A DNA stretch of 64,000 nt from a virus. The DNA is taken from positions 95,563-159,562 of IMG/VR virus record IMGVR_UViG_3300030380_005901, one strand, 5' to 3'. The position numbers were made by a program, and so were the translations under genes. Below the pieces are notes generated by a model, which was not told where the DNA came from, ran no database searches, and saw only the letters and a list, made by a program, of their open reading frames with translations. Positions 48,101 through 57,382 of this stretch are shown piece by piece. How positions within the stretch are numbered: the stretch's first letter is position 1; the number at the start of each line of letters is the position of its first letter.

Positions 48101-49745
48101 TGGAACTGCTACATGCAGGAGTATTACAACCGTGATTACCATATCTTATGCGTATATTACTAACTACTTTTAACCCACATATAATAGGTATTTGGCATAT
48201 GGATGTTATTAAACTATTAATATAATTTAATATTCCATTTATGAAAGCGATAACAATTCCGACTGCAGTTAATACAAAACAAAATATAGAATATATTGCA
48301 TTTATTTTTGTAAATAACCTATTTATTGGAAATTTAGTTGTTCCTGCACCATCTTCAATTCTCTTTATTCCAATAAAATTTCTATTTCTGTCTTTTTTAT
48401 TTGACTGGTATCTCGAAATGAATTGTTTAACAGTATAAACTTTTTTCCATCTTAAAGTGTAAAAATCCTCTAAATAGTTATATTGATTATTAGTTTGTCC
48501 AGAATATGGTGTATTTTCAGTAAACGTAGATAACTGTCTATTTATTTTATATGGTTTTTCTTCTTGTAACTCTTTTAAATCATAGTTATCGAATTTATAA
48601 TTTCCTGTTAAATTAGGTACTAAAAAACTTGCCCTTCTCCTAAGTCTTTTATCATTACCTGTGGCATCCATACTGATTCTAAATCTAAAATCAGCCTCAG
48701 TAGCGATACCTTTAATACCATCTGGACTAGGAACTAAGTTACCAAATTCATCTGTCACTACTTTTCTTAAATTCATTGGTAATTGTAATGCAAATGTACC
48801 ATTTTCATCTATTGCATCTTCATCAATATCGTATTTTTCTATATCTCCATCTATAGTACGATATATAGCCTCAACTTGTCCTTTACCGGTAATCATTTCC
48901 TCCATACGACCCATTTTCTTTCTAGGTCTACAATTTTTATTAACAGAGTCTTTTTCATCATCTGATAATACACTACCAAAAAACATTGCCGTAGGTGTTA
49001 ATTCTATAGAATCTATACTAATATCTTCTCTGGTAATTCCAATAACTCTACCCGTACTTAAACTGTCACACCAAAATGGTTGGACTAAAACATTTATGTT
49101 TTGACTAACTATTTGAGTTAAACTATCTAAGTTTCTACTACTTTTAAATTTAAATGGTGACGCAAATAACTCTTCTGCATAACCTTGTTCTATTAATTCA
49201 TAAGGTCTAGCAGATATAAAACCTATGTCACTAACATCCATATCATAATGTAGTGTTTGATTACCTGTAGGAACACCAAATAAAATAAAATCTCCTGATT
49301 CGTTGGTTGTTGTAGTATATTTATAATATCTTTCGTATATTTCTAAGTTTATTTTATCATCTAAAATACCTATTTTATCAGGAAATGTACCAACCGGTGT
49401 GTGATCTAAAGTTTGTTGACTATCGGGTAATAAATTATATCGTATACCGTTAACATTTTTCTTCTCAGGTGAAGGACTGTCAAAAGGGTATAATTGTTCA
49501 ACTATAGGATTATTAGAATTTTTTGGTATAAATATAGATACTTTTACATTTGGTACACCAAAACCGTTATTTATTATAACTCTACCTGCTACTACACCAT
49601 GATCGGAACAAAAATTTCCATAAACATCTTCCTGTTTAATTTTTAAACTTAAAATTTCTAGTAAGTCAAAATCTTGTTTAAGTTCGACCTTAACATACTT
49701 ATCTTTTCCGTTTGGTGTTGTTCTTATTCGAACTGATTTTGACAT
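45102..49745 (-). CDS. large baseplate-associated protein: prealbumin/CarboxypepD-reg-like N-domain, internal TM helix, Cys-rich region
   Basis: GRVI..GVPNVKVSIF..TNESGDFILFGVPTG; AIYSIFCFVLTAVGIVIAFINGIL; dense Cys cluster. Confidence 0.6.
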   Translation of the reverse strand: MSKSVRIRTTPNGKDKYVKVELKQDFDLLEILSLKIKQEDVYGNFCSDHGVVAGRVIINNGFGVPNVKVSIFIPKNSNNPIVEQLYPFDSPSPEKKNVNGIRYNLLPDSQQTLDHTPVGTFPDKIGILDDKINLEIYERYYKYTTTTNESGDFILFGVPTGNQTLHYDMDVSDIGFISARPYELIEQGYAEELFASPFKFKSSRNLDSLTQIVSQNINVLVQPFWCDSLSTGRVIGITREDISIDSIELTPTAMFFGSVLSDDEKDSVNKNCRPRKKMGRMEEMITGKGQVEAIYRTIDGDIEKYDIDEDAIDENGTFALQLPMNLRKVVTDEFGNLVPSPDGIKGIATEADFRFRISMDATGNDKRLRRRASFLVPNLTGNYKFDNYDLKELQEEKPYKINRQLSTFTENTPYSGQTNNQYNYLEDFYTLRWKKVYTVKQFISRYQSNKKDRNRNFIGIKRIEDGAGTTKFPINRLFTKINAIYSIFCFVLTAVGIVIAFINGILNYINSLITSICQIPIICGLKVVSNIRIRYGNHGCNTPACSSSINIFNFHTYIGLTKKIGFTVCLKLKLCFRKKCVFGGWLCKRCNDTCFPNTNPGHSCCRDISPTTGSSEKNNDNENCTSGSFDRKYGCPRNDCALCIDGTPEDNKDRGCCRSCCTKINLIALSCPEDNAFPTIRPSLIYTPLARNVCNETFVKINSCKECSGSSTPQIKEWVKCKLEGVANWLNMLRFEFYNDWVSGTLYFPLIKRKYKLKKRKKKRGQLKKDKFCDFDCAPDYQTPLTYNKYRVIVQNTTANQEEIIDVNGCRVRIRGSKRYVTPWFGKYVANGNAQVLEDIAILNAKESLKFTGVDTASNPCTLRFDDPLVFQAFDDNANIEIRINDSKTIKTFPGPHGRPNYVEVEDPVTGLSVWENRGGHSHHKNKCNTVYRVEKEEYFRSSVGCQTDLGNNNAGSIDADFITSPPDPETQPGEDIPNNLQPQSCPPTGCIDPCQSAVQGCTNRCPCTQHNSYNDRNIKHGIIAWEDGKIYYASVMKKPDAAYNTLPRNYKANLLYPTDLVEMGSSVYCDIDDVPFVINDLEPTTSRLSEEGLEYDFENQNANPIVVNSVEEKDGIVNLRAYVSFGCTRVNCLNTTAGVVQSQVGIDLIDSNDLGMEVGQCFTYYEHDSETRDYFCRRFSTFKNDDLEVNYMRPGSNEFDNLYDVYPSAQFTSGIPSVNYSIDGVLIPNSINDGDEFVTGDRCGLKSNGNFFYGAGWKGGNNPFPSEFLDFPNMSNINDKTNPQNFGVKYSTSQTPYYHYFGLVPGKSALHRLVSKYFADKIDEVTLQGLGNNEKAGSNTYNQPGFRDIGQNKFTALRSCLGEAVITSASESAAISDLSNSGVISLPNGNAAVGKNSGGSSAIPNNLKYQITGVNEVGNTNTFSTDKTNNFGQVSPTKIFVTSPNAELKIEISTGSVQSGFPPALTTGTGKFAIYNDNTTTPVDTNVISSFNAQPNPQNVIIRPIFGMLNSTTDTINFTIKQTGTYNVYLEYITGSNNTNGYIKIT

Positions 49746-49750
49746 ATCTA

Positions 49751-50170
49751 CTATTCTTCATTTTCTTCGTTATCTTCTACTATTTCTAAATTACTAAAAG
49801 TTTCTGCACTATATGTTGGTGTGTCAGAAAACTGTTTTTCTCTTTTTTCTCTAGTTGCAGTGTTTTTTCTTACTTTATTTTTTTCTGTTCTTTCTCTAAT
49901 TTTATTTTTCCAATATAGTGACCATTTTACTTGTATTTTTTGTAACCACTTAGGGGTAAACATATGTAAAATAAATTGAATGGTAATTGCCACTAATACT
50001 AATGGTATTGCCATTAAAATTACTACTGTCGTCACTAATTTTAATATTATATTCATTTCGTTAAAATTACCATCTGCAATTGCAGATGGGATTAAATTAA
50101 TTTCTTTTCCAGGAATATCATCATATGACATTTCACCTTGTTTTTTTCCGTTACATGTATTACATCCCAT
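49751..50170 (-). CDS. small membrane protein with N-terminal CxxC
   Basis: MGCNTC; hydrophobic LVTTVVILMAIPLVLVAITIQFIL. Confidence 0.6.
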   Translation of the reverse strand: MGCNTCNGKKQGEMSYDDIPGKEINLIPSAIADGNFNEMNIILKLVTTVVILMAIPLVLVAITIQFILHMFTPKWLQKIQVKWSLYWKNKIRERTEKNKVRKNTATREKREKQFSDTPTYSAETFSNLEIVEDNEENEE

Positions 50171-50215
50171 AATTTCTATTTTTTTTAAAACTAATTCATA
50201 AACTACGAAAAGTAA

Positions 50216-52039
50216 CTATTTAAACCTAACTTTTATATCTTTATTTGGGAATTTAACTTCAAACATTGCATCTGGTTCACCAAATAAAGTATAATCATCA
50301 GAAATATCTATTTCTTTACTATCATCATCTATATATGGTTGAGATATTTCATTTAATGAATATTTTCCACCAACTTTATTAAATATCTTCAAATCAGTAA
50401 CATTTAATACTCCACCTACATTATTTATATTTTCAACTAACTGAGCTAAATAAACATTTTCTCCCATACCCCAACTATCTATATCAAAATACTCTTCTAC
50501 TGTTTCAATAACTGAAGACATAATTTCACCTTTAGATGTAGTTTTATCTGTAAATACGGAAACTTCAAATGAAAGGTTAATAATTCTACCATCTTTTATC
50601 GTTACATAATCGTTTAACATTCTATAATTAGATAGGTACTCTGCTATATTTTCTTTTAACGTATCAGTAGAAGTATTTGTTAAATTTTCATTTTCATCTA
50701 AAGCCAAAATTGTTACGTTAACTTTATTTCTTTCTTCCCAAACCCCACTTCTAAAAGGAATACCAAACTTTCCAGGCATTAAACTTATTCTAGACATATA
50801 ATCTTTTATAGTTACACATCTGTCTTGTGCAGAAAAATTATATTTAACTAATTGTCTAATTTCGTTAAGGGACGGTTGATCTTTACCCCCAATAGCAGGT
50901 ATTGGGTTATTTGCGGTTAAACTATTTTTTACATTTAAATTTATTGTTGCGTCTTCACCTGTAGTAACCATAAATACTTCGCCTAAACCTTTTAACACAT
51001 TAGGTCCAACATTACTGTCACCACCACCACCAACTCTATATTTAATAAACATAGTTCTTCCAGGTGTAGGTATAGTTCCTAATGAATCATTATTAACAAA
51101 ATTACCAATTTGTGTTATTTGTCCTCTACATCCAATAAAATCGTTTAATTCTGAAACATCTATTTCACCACCACCAAATGTAATTTTACAAAAACCATTG
51201 TCCGTATATTCACTTATAAATCTTTGGGGTATGTTTTTCCATTTACCAGCTAAAATACCTTGTGTTGTCGTAGGTACATTAGGATCTTCAATAAACTTTT
51301 CTGCCTCAGCTAATGCACTAACTTCATAAAAATTATTTTCGAAGGTGGAATAATCAACTAAAGTAGGGGGTGTGGTTAAATTTGTTCCTTCCAATGTAAT
51401 TATATTGTCAATAGAAATTACATTATCTTCAGGTAAAATAACTTCTAAAAAAGGTTTATAATCTTCTCTACTTATAACTCTTTTATATTCTTTAGTAATA
51501 CCATTGACTACTAAAGCTTGTTTAATTAAATTATAATTGTCTATACCACCAGAGGAATTTTTATTAGGTAAAACTTTTCTATTAGGTATACCACTACTAC
51601 TAAAAGGGGAGGAAAAATCTAAATCATCTACTAACTCAAACACTTTACCCGCACCCGTAACTTGTGTACCCTTTAATAATATTGGTGCATAACTTTCATC
51701 TGCCTTAGTACCATCATTTTCATCTACTGGAACAGTAACAGATAATTCCACAATTGTAATACTAGGTCTTTTACCTGGAACTTTTAAACCAAAAGTTCTA
51801 GCCAATTCTAATAGTGATGATCTCTCTTGTGCATAATTTATTTGTGTTTCATTAAACATTCTGTCTGTATGAAATGATAACATATCACCTACTGCAGCAT
51901 TTAACTCTAATAACATCATACCTACGGAAGCGTCATTGAAATCTGATAATACTTCAGGATAATATTGTTGTACAAAACCAATTAATTCTGCTCTTACTTC
52001 GGCAAAATTTCTACTATTATAATTTACTTTCTTTTTCAT
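50216..52039 (-). CDS. baseplate wedge subunit (T4 gp6/baseplate J-like)
   Basis: DFNDASVGMMLLE..GDMLSFH, YRVGGG, GGKD..L.EIR, AQDRCVTIKDY. Confidence 0.88.
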   Translation of the reverse strand: MKKKVNYNSRNFAEVRAELIGFVQQYYPEVLSDFNDASVGMMLLELNAAVGDMLSFHTDRMFNETQINYAQERSSLLELARTFGLKVPGKRPSITIVELSVTVPVDENDGTKADESYAPILLKGTQVTGAGKVFELVDDLDFSSPFSSSGIPNRKVLPNKNSSGGIDNYNLIKQALVVNGITKEYKRVISREDYKPFLEVILPEDNVISIDNIITLEGTNLTTPPTLVDYSTFENNFYEVSALAEAEKFIEDPNVPTTTQGILAGKWKNIPQRFISEYTDNGFCKITFGGGEIDVSELNDFIGCRGQITQIGNFVNNDSLGTIPTPGRTMFIKYRVGGGGDSNVGPNVLKGLGEVFMVTTGEDATINLNVKNSLTANNPIPAIGGKDQPSLNEIRQLVKYNFSAQDRCVTIKDYMSRISLMPGKFGIPFRSGVWEERNKVNVTILALDENENLTNTSTDTLKENIAEYLSNYRMLNDYVTIKDGRIINLSFEVSVFTDKTTSKGEIMSSVIETVEEYFDIDSWGMGENVYLAQLVENINNVGGVLNVTDLKIFNKVGGKYSLNEISQPYIDDDSKEIDISDDYTLFGEPDAMFEVKFPNKDIKVRFK

Positions 52040-52041
52040 AT

Positions 52042-52425
52042 TTAAAGTGTTATTTCTAAAATATCAGAAGATGCGAAAGTACCATCTACTACTGTATATT
52101 TTAATTCAACTATTATTAATTCTTCAATGTCATTTTTTTTAAAATCTATACTATCTACAACTAAATTTGGTATATATTTTTTTATTGTCTCATTTAAATT
52201 GTCTTTAATTTCACTATGTGTTATGTTATCATTAGGTTCAAAAATAAACTTTTTTAAATCACTACCAAAATCTGGCATATACAATCTTTCTCCTTTAGTA
52301 GTCAATAAAAGATGAAGTAAATCAGCCTTAATTGCATCTTTATCAGTTTGATTTAATTTAAAGTAAAAACCACTCTCACTGTTCTTAAAAGGAAAATCAA
52401 TATTTATAAATCTTTCTTCTGCCAT
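52042..52425 (-). CDS. baseplate gp25/GPW-like sheath-initiator protein
   Basis: IKADLLHLLLTTKGERLYMPDFGSDL. Confidence 0.92.
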   Translation of the reverse strand: MAEERFINIDFPFKNSESGFYFKLNQTDKDAIKADLLHLLLTTKGERLYMPDFGSDLKKFIFEPNDNITHSEIKDNLNETIKKYIPNLVVDSIDFKKNDIEELIIVELKYTVVDGTFASSDILEITL

Positions 52426-52431
52426 ATGTAT

Positions 52432-52439
52432 ATAAATAT
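52432..52439 (-). promoter_or_regulatory. putative late promoter ATATTTAT heading the baseplate operon
   Basis: Between the nrdJ terminator and the gp25 ATG. Confidence 0.75.
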
Positions 52440-52473
52440 TCTACAATAAATTTTTTAAAAGAAAAGGTTATAT

Positions 52474-52507
52474 AAAAAAAAAAGGTATCGTTTGATACCT
52501 TTTTTTT
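52474..52507. terminator. intrinsic terminator after nrdJ
   Basis: A-run-ggtatc-gttt-gatacc-T-run. Confidence 0.85.
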
Positions 52508-52527
52508 ATTTAATAATAATCATTATT

Positions 52528-54387
52528 TTAAGTAATTTCACAAGCTCCTCCAGCACAAGCTAATTCACCACTTAAATTTGTTTCATCATTTTCTTCTACT
52601 ACTTTAGATAAGTCTATTTCTGACAGTGTTTTCATCATTTTTTCGTACTCATCTTTAGTACAATCCTCAAATGGTGCTTGCACATAAGTACCACCATTAT
52701 ATGGTAAAACGGATAATCCATTATAATGTTCCCTATTATTCCACATCCATTCACCAGCTAACTCCCAATCTTCTTCTTTTAAAGATATTGTTGCGGAGAC
52801 ATTATGTGAATTAGAACCACTATTATGCCCACTTTTAACCCATTTAGTTGCAACTGTTTTAACTCTTTCTAATAAATCAAATGGTGACTCAGTTCTTAAT
52901 ATTGAACCTTTGGGTGCTTTTTGTGGTATAGATATAACTGCAGTATCATGTCCCCTAAAATAATCGTCTTCTATTAATTCTGGGTGATTGTTTTGAAGGT
53001 ATCCATACATTGATTCATTTTTACCTACTCTAACTCTCCTAATATAATAATCGTTATGCCAAGCATGTATTCCAGATGAAGTACCTAATGTAAGTGAGGT
53101 AGTTCCAGCAGGTTTAACTGTAGTAGTTCTAGCTGATTTATTAATACCAATTAATTTAGCAACCCTACTATTTTCTCTTTTAACAACTTTAGCTGCTTCT
53201 TCCATATCGTAACCTAAAACTCTACCTGAACCAATACCTGTCATACTAACACCTATTAATGCTTCTTTTTCAGTAGTTTCCTGCCATATATCTCTTAAAT
53301 AATGAAAATGTGTATATCCGGCTTGTAGTGTACCTATAAAAGCTGCGGCTTTAACTCTTTCATTTAAATCTTCTTGTGACTCAATGTTTGATACGTTGAC
53401 TTCACATAAATTACAAAACTGATAAGGTCTCAGAGCTATTTCACAACAAGGATTTGTACCCCAGTCTTTATCATTATTAAAATAAATACCTGGCTCACCA
53501 GATCCACTTAATTCAACTCTTTTCCATAAATCTAAAAAGAATTCCTTAGTTATCTTATGTCTCATTAAACACGCTGAGTTATTAGATCTACCTCTTTGTG
53601 GATTTGTTTCCCACCAATTACCTGATTTACAACCAATCATTTCTTGATCGTCTGCAGAAAATAAACTAATCAATGCAGCTCTACGAATACCTCCCGCTAA
53701 TACCGCATCTGCAATATGACATACAATATCATGTACCTCTAAAGTAGTTAGTTGTTCACCATCTTCTTTTTCACTTAATATACCAGTTATTTTAACGATA
53801 CATTCTTTTAATGGTTGAGGCCCTGGTGCCTTACCTCCTGAAGTAACTAATCTAGCCCCTTTAGGTCTAATATCAGAATAATCAAATACTATTCTAGAAC
53901 TCTTACCATTAAGATAGGATTTCATTAATAATTTAATTGCGTCTGCCCAACCTTCTATTGAGTCACTAATTAAAAATCTTTTTGTTCTTTTCGCATAAGG
54001 TTTATTTACGGGTGGTAATTTCTCAACATGATGTTTTTGTACTGAGTAACCTACACCAGTTCCACCTAACAATAAAAACATACACTCACTAAAAGAGTCT
54101 ATATGATCAATAGGCATATATGCACAATTATAAATTCTATTAGGTGATATTTCAATTGGTTTTCCACCAAATTGCATACTTCTCATTGAGGGTAATACTT
54201 TTTTGTCATACACAAATTGGTACGCTTCGTCTATTTTATCCGCAATGTTAGGGTATCTTTTTTGATGCATTTCTTTATTACGGGTAACTAATTCATCCCA
54301 TGTTTCTCTTCTGTTTAATTCTGGTAGATATTTTGCATACTTCATATATACAGTAATATCCGATAAAATTTTGCTTGATAACTCCAT
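52528..54387 (-). CDS. nrdJ: class II (adenosylcobalamin-dependent) ribonucleotide reductase
   Basis: RETW, YNC, GGIRRAALI, TNPCCEI, VKPAGTTS, C-terminal CAGGAC. Confidence 0.9.
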   Translation of the reverse strand: MELSSKILSDITVYMKYAKYLPELNRRETWDELVTRNKEMHQKRYPNIADKIDEAYQFVYDKKVLPSMRSMQFGGKPIEISPNRIYNCAYMPIDHIDSFSECMFLLLGGTGVGYSVQKHHVEKLPPVNKPYAKRTKRFLISDSIEGWADAIKLLMKSYLNGKSSRIVFDYSDIRPKGARLVTSGGKAPGPQPLKECIVKITGILSEKEDGEQLTTLEVHDIVCHIADAVLAGGIRRAALISLFSADDQEMIGCKSGNWWETNPQRGRSNNSACLMRHKITKEFFLDLWKRVELSGSGEPGIYFNNDKDWGTNPCCEIALRPYQFCNLCEVNVSNIESQEDLNERVKAAAFIGTLQAGYTHFHYLRDIWQETTEKEALIGVSMTGIGSGRVLGYDMEEAAKVVKRENSRVAKLIGINKSARTTTVKPAGTTSLTLGTSSGIHAWHNDYYIRRVRVGKNESMYGYLQNNHPELIEDDYFRGHDTAVISIPQKAPKGSILRTESPFDLLERVKTVATKWVKSGHNSGSNSHNVSATISLKEEDWELAGEWMWNNREHYNGLSVLPYNGGTYVQAPFEDCTKDEYEKMMKTLSEIDLSKVVEENDETNLSGELACAGGACEIT

Positions 54388-54416
54388 TTTTTAACTACTT
54401 ATTTTATTTATTATTA

Positions 54417-55805
54417 TTAATTTTCCCCTAATGTCTCTCTTTTCTTTTTCATGGCATCTATAACCAATTGAGACTTTCTCTTCTCCTCACCATTTTGGTG
54501 TTCTAAGAATGAAACGTCACTAGAAATACTAGTGTCTATTTTTAATGATCCGTTATCAAATAATATATCTTCGAATATAATACCATCTTTACCAAATCTA
54601 GACTTAAGTATTGCCATAGTAGCAGTACCTTCTTCTTTTTGTTCTAAAGTCTTAGCTACTGATATAATAAAGTGTCCAATTTGTCCTTTTTTAATCGAAC
54701 CACCAATCATATCTGCTTTCACTACATCCGCACCTATAGAACTTCTATTACCTTGTACTGCAGTCCACCCAACAACGTCTAATTCAGATATCATAGTTTC
54801 AAACTGTCTCATAACGTTTCCTTCACCAGCATATTCATCTTTAAACTGTTTAGTGGGTACAACACAATCCATATAATCTATAAAAACAACATCAGGTTTT
54901 GTACCATTAGATGTTAGTTTTCTTAAATATTGTTTTATATGATTAATTGTTGTGCCATCACTCGGCATCTTTTTTAATATTAAATTTCCTTCTTTTTCTT
55001 TAAACTGAGGTAATAATGCTTTAACTTCTTCTTTTCTATCAGTTAATTCATTTAGTGGTATTTCACTCCAACATGTCATATGTTTTCTTTGAATGACTTT
55101 TGGGTTATCTTCAAAGAAGATTTGCACTACATTGTAACCCAGATTATAAGCAGTATTTGCCATACGAGTTATTAAAGTAGTTTTACCAACACCAAAAGGT
55201 GCTAAAATCACACCTAATTCTCCTTTAGATAATCCACCATCCATTAAATTGTCTATACCAACTAATCCTGTGGGTACAGGACTTCTAAAATCGTCACTTA
55301 ATACCTCATCTATTGCGTGAAATACATCTATACCATTATCTTTTTCTCCTCCAACAGATAAAGCTTCTTTTAATATGTCTTCACATTCATCATACCTATC
55401 AAAATCTCCCGAATCTAATATTCCTTGTATCTTATTTGTTGCTTTTTTAAGTTCTTGTTGTTTACAAAACTTAGTTGCAACTTCTTGTGTGTGTAAACAA
55501 TCTTTATTATCTGAATTTTTTACCTCTTTAACCATTTCAATCGCAGAATCTCTGGCGATATCTCTTTTTATTTCTACTCTTATAAGTTGAAAAATAGTGT
55601 CATAAGTAGGAATTGTTTCATAACTTTCATAATAATTTTTAATACTAGCAACAATTATTCTAAGATATTCGTTATCAAAATATTTTGGATCGATTATATC
55701 AATAATCTCCTCACAAAATTTATTATCTTCAATTAATTGTTTGACTAACTTAATTTGAAAACTCCACCCTAAATAACCTAAATTTTTATCTTTTTCTTTA
55801 GTCAT
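54417..55805 (-). CDS. replicative DNA helicase (DnaB/gp41-like)
   Basis: LAPFGVGKTT, FIDYMD, TAVQGNR, KSRFG. Confidence 0.92.
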   Translation of the reverse strand: MTKEKDKNLGYLGWSFQIKLVKQLIEDNKFCEEIIDIIDPKYFDNEYLRIIVASIKNYYESYETIPTYDTIFQLIRVEIKRDIARDSAIEMVKEVKNSDNKDCLHTQEVATKFCKQQELKKATNKIQGILDSGDFDRYDECEDILKEALSVGGEKDNGIDVFHAIDEVLSDDFRSPVPTGLVGIDNLMDGGLSKGELGVILAPFGVGKTTLITRMANTAYNLGYNVVQIFFEDNPKVIQRKHMTCWSEIPLNELTDRKEEVKALLPQFKEKEGNLILKKMPSDGTTINHIKQYLRKLTSNGTKPDVVFIDYMDCVVPTKQFKDEYAGEGNVMRQFETMISELDVVGWTAVQGNRSSIGADVVKADMIGGSIKKGQIGHFIISVAKTLEQKEEGTATMAILKSRFGKDGIIFEDILFDNGSLKIDTSISSDVSFLEHQNGEEKRKSQLVIDAMKKKRETLGEN

Positions 55806-55829
55806 TCTTTAATCCTTTTTGATTTATTA

Positions 55830-55837
55830 ATAAATAT
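55830..55837 (-). promoter_or_regulatory. ATATTTAT motif upstream of the helicase-nrdJ pair
   Basis: Same motif, here before non-structural genes. Confidence 0.55.
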
Positions 55838-55840
55838 ACA

Positions 55841-56302
55841 CTAAAGCGTGTAACCACAATATTCTTGACTATATTTTTTTAAACTCAACCCATTCTGTAT
55901 AATAGAGATGATTTCAGGAATAATTGATCTGATATCAACATCATATCTTACCTTTGGGGGGTAGTCATTACCACTAAAAATCTTTTGTGCCACAACCCTT
56001 CCTTTAACTTTAATTTGTAAAGTAAATAAATCTTCATTTTCATATATATCATGTCTTAATTCATCTAATTCTTCTGTAGTTTGAATAGCATAAGGATTAT
56101 AATACTTCCACAAATAAAAATTACTTTTTAATTTAAATTGGTTCTTTATGACTTCAGTTGCATCATCAATAACATCTTTAATTTTTGTAGATCTTAAACT
56201 TTTTTCATTATATCCATTTATTTGAAAGTTTCTACCGACTATAGGTTTACCGTTAATCAATAATAAAAATTCATAAGGAAGACTATCATATCTTTTTTTC
56301 AT
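55841..56302 (-). CDS. hypothetical protein
   Basis: 153-aa ORF in the replication operon. Confidence 0.7.
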   Translation of the reverse strand: MKKRYDSLPYEFLLLINGKPIVGRNFQINGYNEKSLRSTKIKDVIDDATEVIKNQFKLKSNFYLWKYYNPYAIQTTEELDELRHDIYENEDLFTLQIKVKGRVVAQKIFSGNDYPPKVRYDVDIRSIIPEIISIIQNGLSLKKYSQEYCGYTL

Positions 56303-56307
56303 AATTT

Positions 56308-57351
56308 TTAATTTTTAATTTTACTAAAATAACTTTTTTCTTTTTTTATTATTCGTAAAAACGGTTGTAAAAAGTTAATATAACCGTCTCTACCCCCAGG
56401 TATTGCCATTGTTAATCCGTCTTCTAACATCATCTTAATTACATTTTTAGTTGTCCTATTTTCGGGATCAATAGGAGAACTAAATAAATTATTTAAAGTG
56501 GTTTTAGATTGTTCAGTTAACAAAGGTTTCTTTAGATTAATAATTTTTTCATTTACCTCAAAAATACTTTCACCTTGTACTCCCACAGTAACTTTATTAA
56601 TTATATTATCTAATGTTTTCAATCTACTTTTTCTTTGACTTTGAATTTCTTCAATTTTACTAAAAATTTCTTCCAATGTCAAAGTTTTGGAAGAGAAATC
56701 AGGAAAATATTTTATTAATGTTTTTTCACTAACACCTTTTATACCTTTTATATTGTCGCTAGCGTCACCAGAAATCATTTTTAATAACTTAACATTACTA
56801 TAATGATGTGTGAAATATTGATTATAATTTGATATTGTAATAATATTTCTAAGATTAAGAACATATACTCCCACTCTTTCATTAAGTAGTTGTAACATAT
56901 CTCTATCGTTAGTCATTATAACAACTTTCTCATTATCTTTAATCTGATTACAATAATAACCTATTCCATCATCCGCTTCTACAACCTCATCAATAAATTG
57001 ACGAATAAAAAGTTCTTCACAATAATCAATTACTCTTTCTTTTTGAATATATAATTCAGGTTCTGATGGTGGTTGTTCACAATAAAAATCTTTATCCCTA
57101 TTACCTTTATAATCTTTATAGATATCATATCTTAACCTGCCACTAAAAACACCATCCCAAAATACATAAACTCTATCGTATCTGTACTCATTAATATTTT
57201 TTCTTAACATAGTTAAGAATTGAAAAATCCCACCTATATGGTTTTCTTTATAATAAAGATTTTTTGCACCATGATAGGCGGTTTTTAACAATGAATCACC
57301 ATCTACTAATAAAGTGTGGGTATATTTAGGTTTTTTAGTTGGTCTCGACAC
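56308..57351 (-). CDS. 5'-3' exonuclease/flap endonuclease (T4 RNase H-like)
   Basis: LLVDGD, YKGNR, EADD, NDRDMLQL, GDASDNIKGIKGV. Confidence 0.92.
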   Translation of the reverse strand: MSRPTKKPKYTHTLLVDGDSLLKTAYHGAKNLYYKENHIGGIFQFLTMLRKNINEYRYDRVYVFWDGVFSGRLRYDIYKDYKGNRDKDFYCEQPPSEPELYIQKERVIDYCEELFIRQFIDEVVEADDGIGYYCNQIKDNEKVVIMTNDRDMLQLLNERVGVYVLNLRNIITISNYNQYFTHHYSNVKLLKMISGDASDNIKGIKGVSEKTLIKYFPDFSSKTLTLEEIFSKIEEIQSQRKSRLKTLDNIINKVTVGVQGESIFEVNEKIINLKKPLLTEQSKTTLNNLFSSPIDPENRTTKNVIKMMLEDGLTMAIPGGRDGYINFLQPFLRIIKKEKSYFSKIKN

Positions 57352-57382
57352 TTAACATATTGATTACAAAATTAATAAAAAA

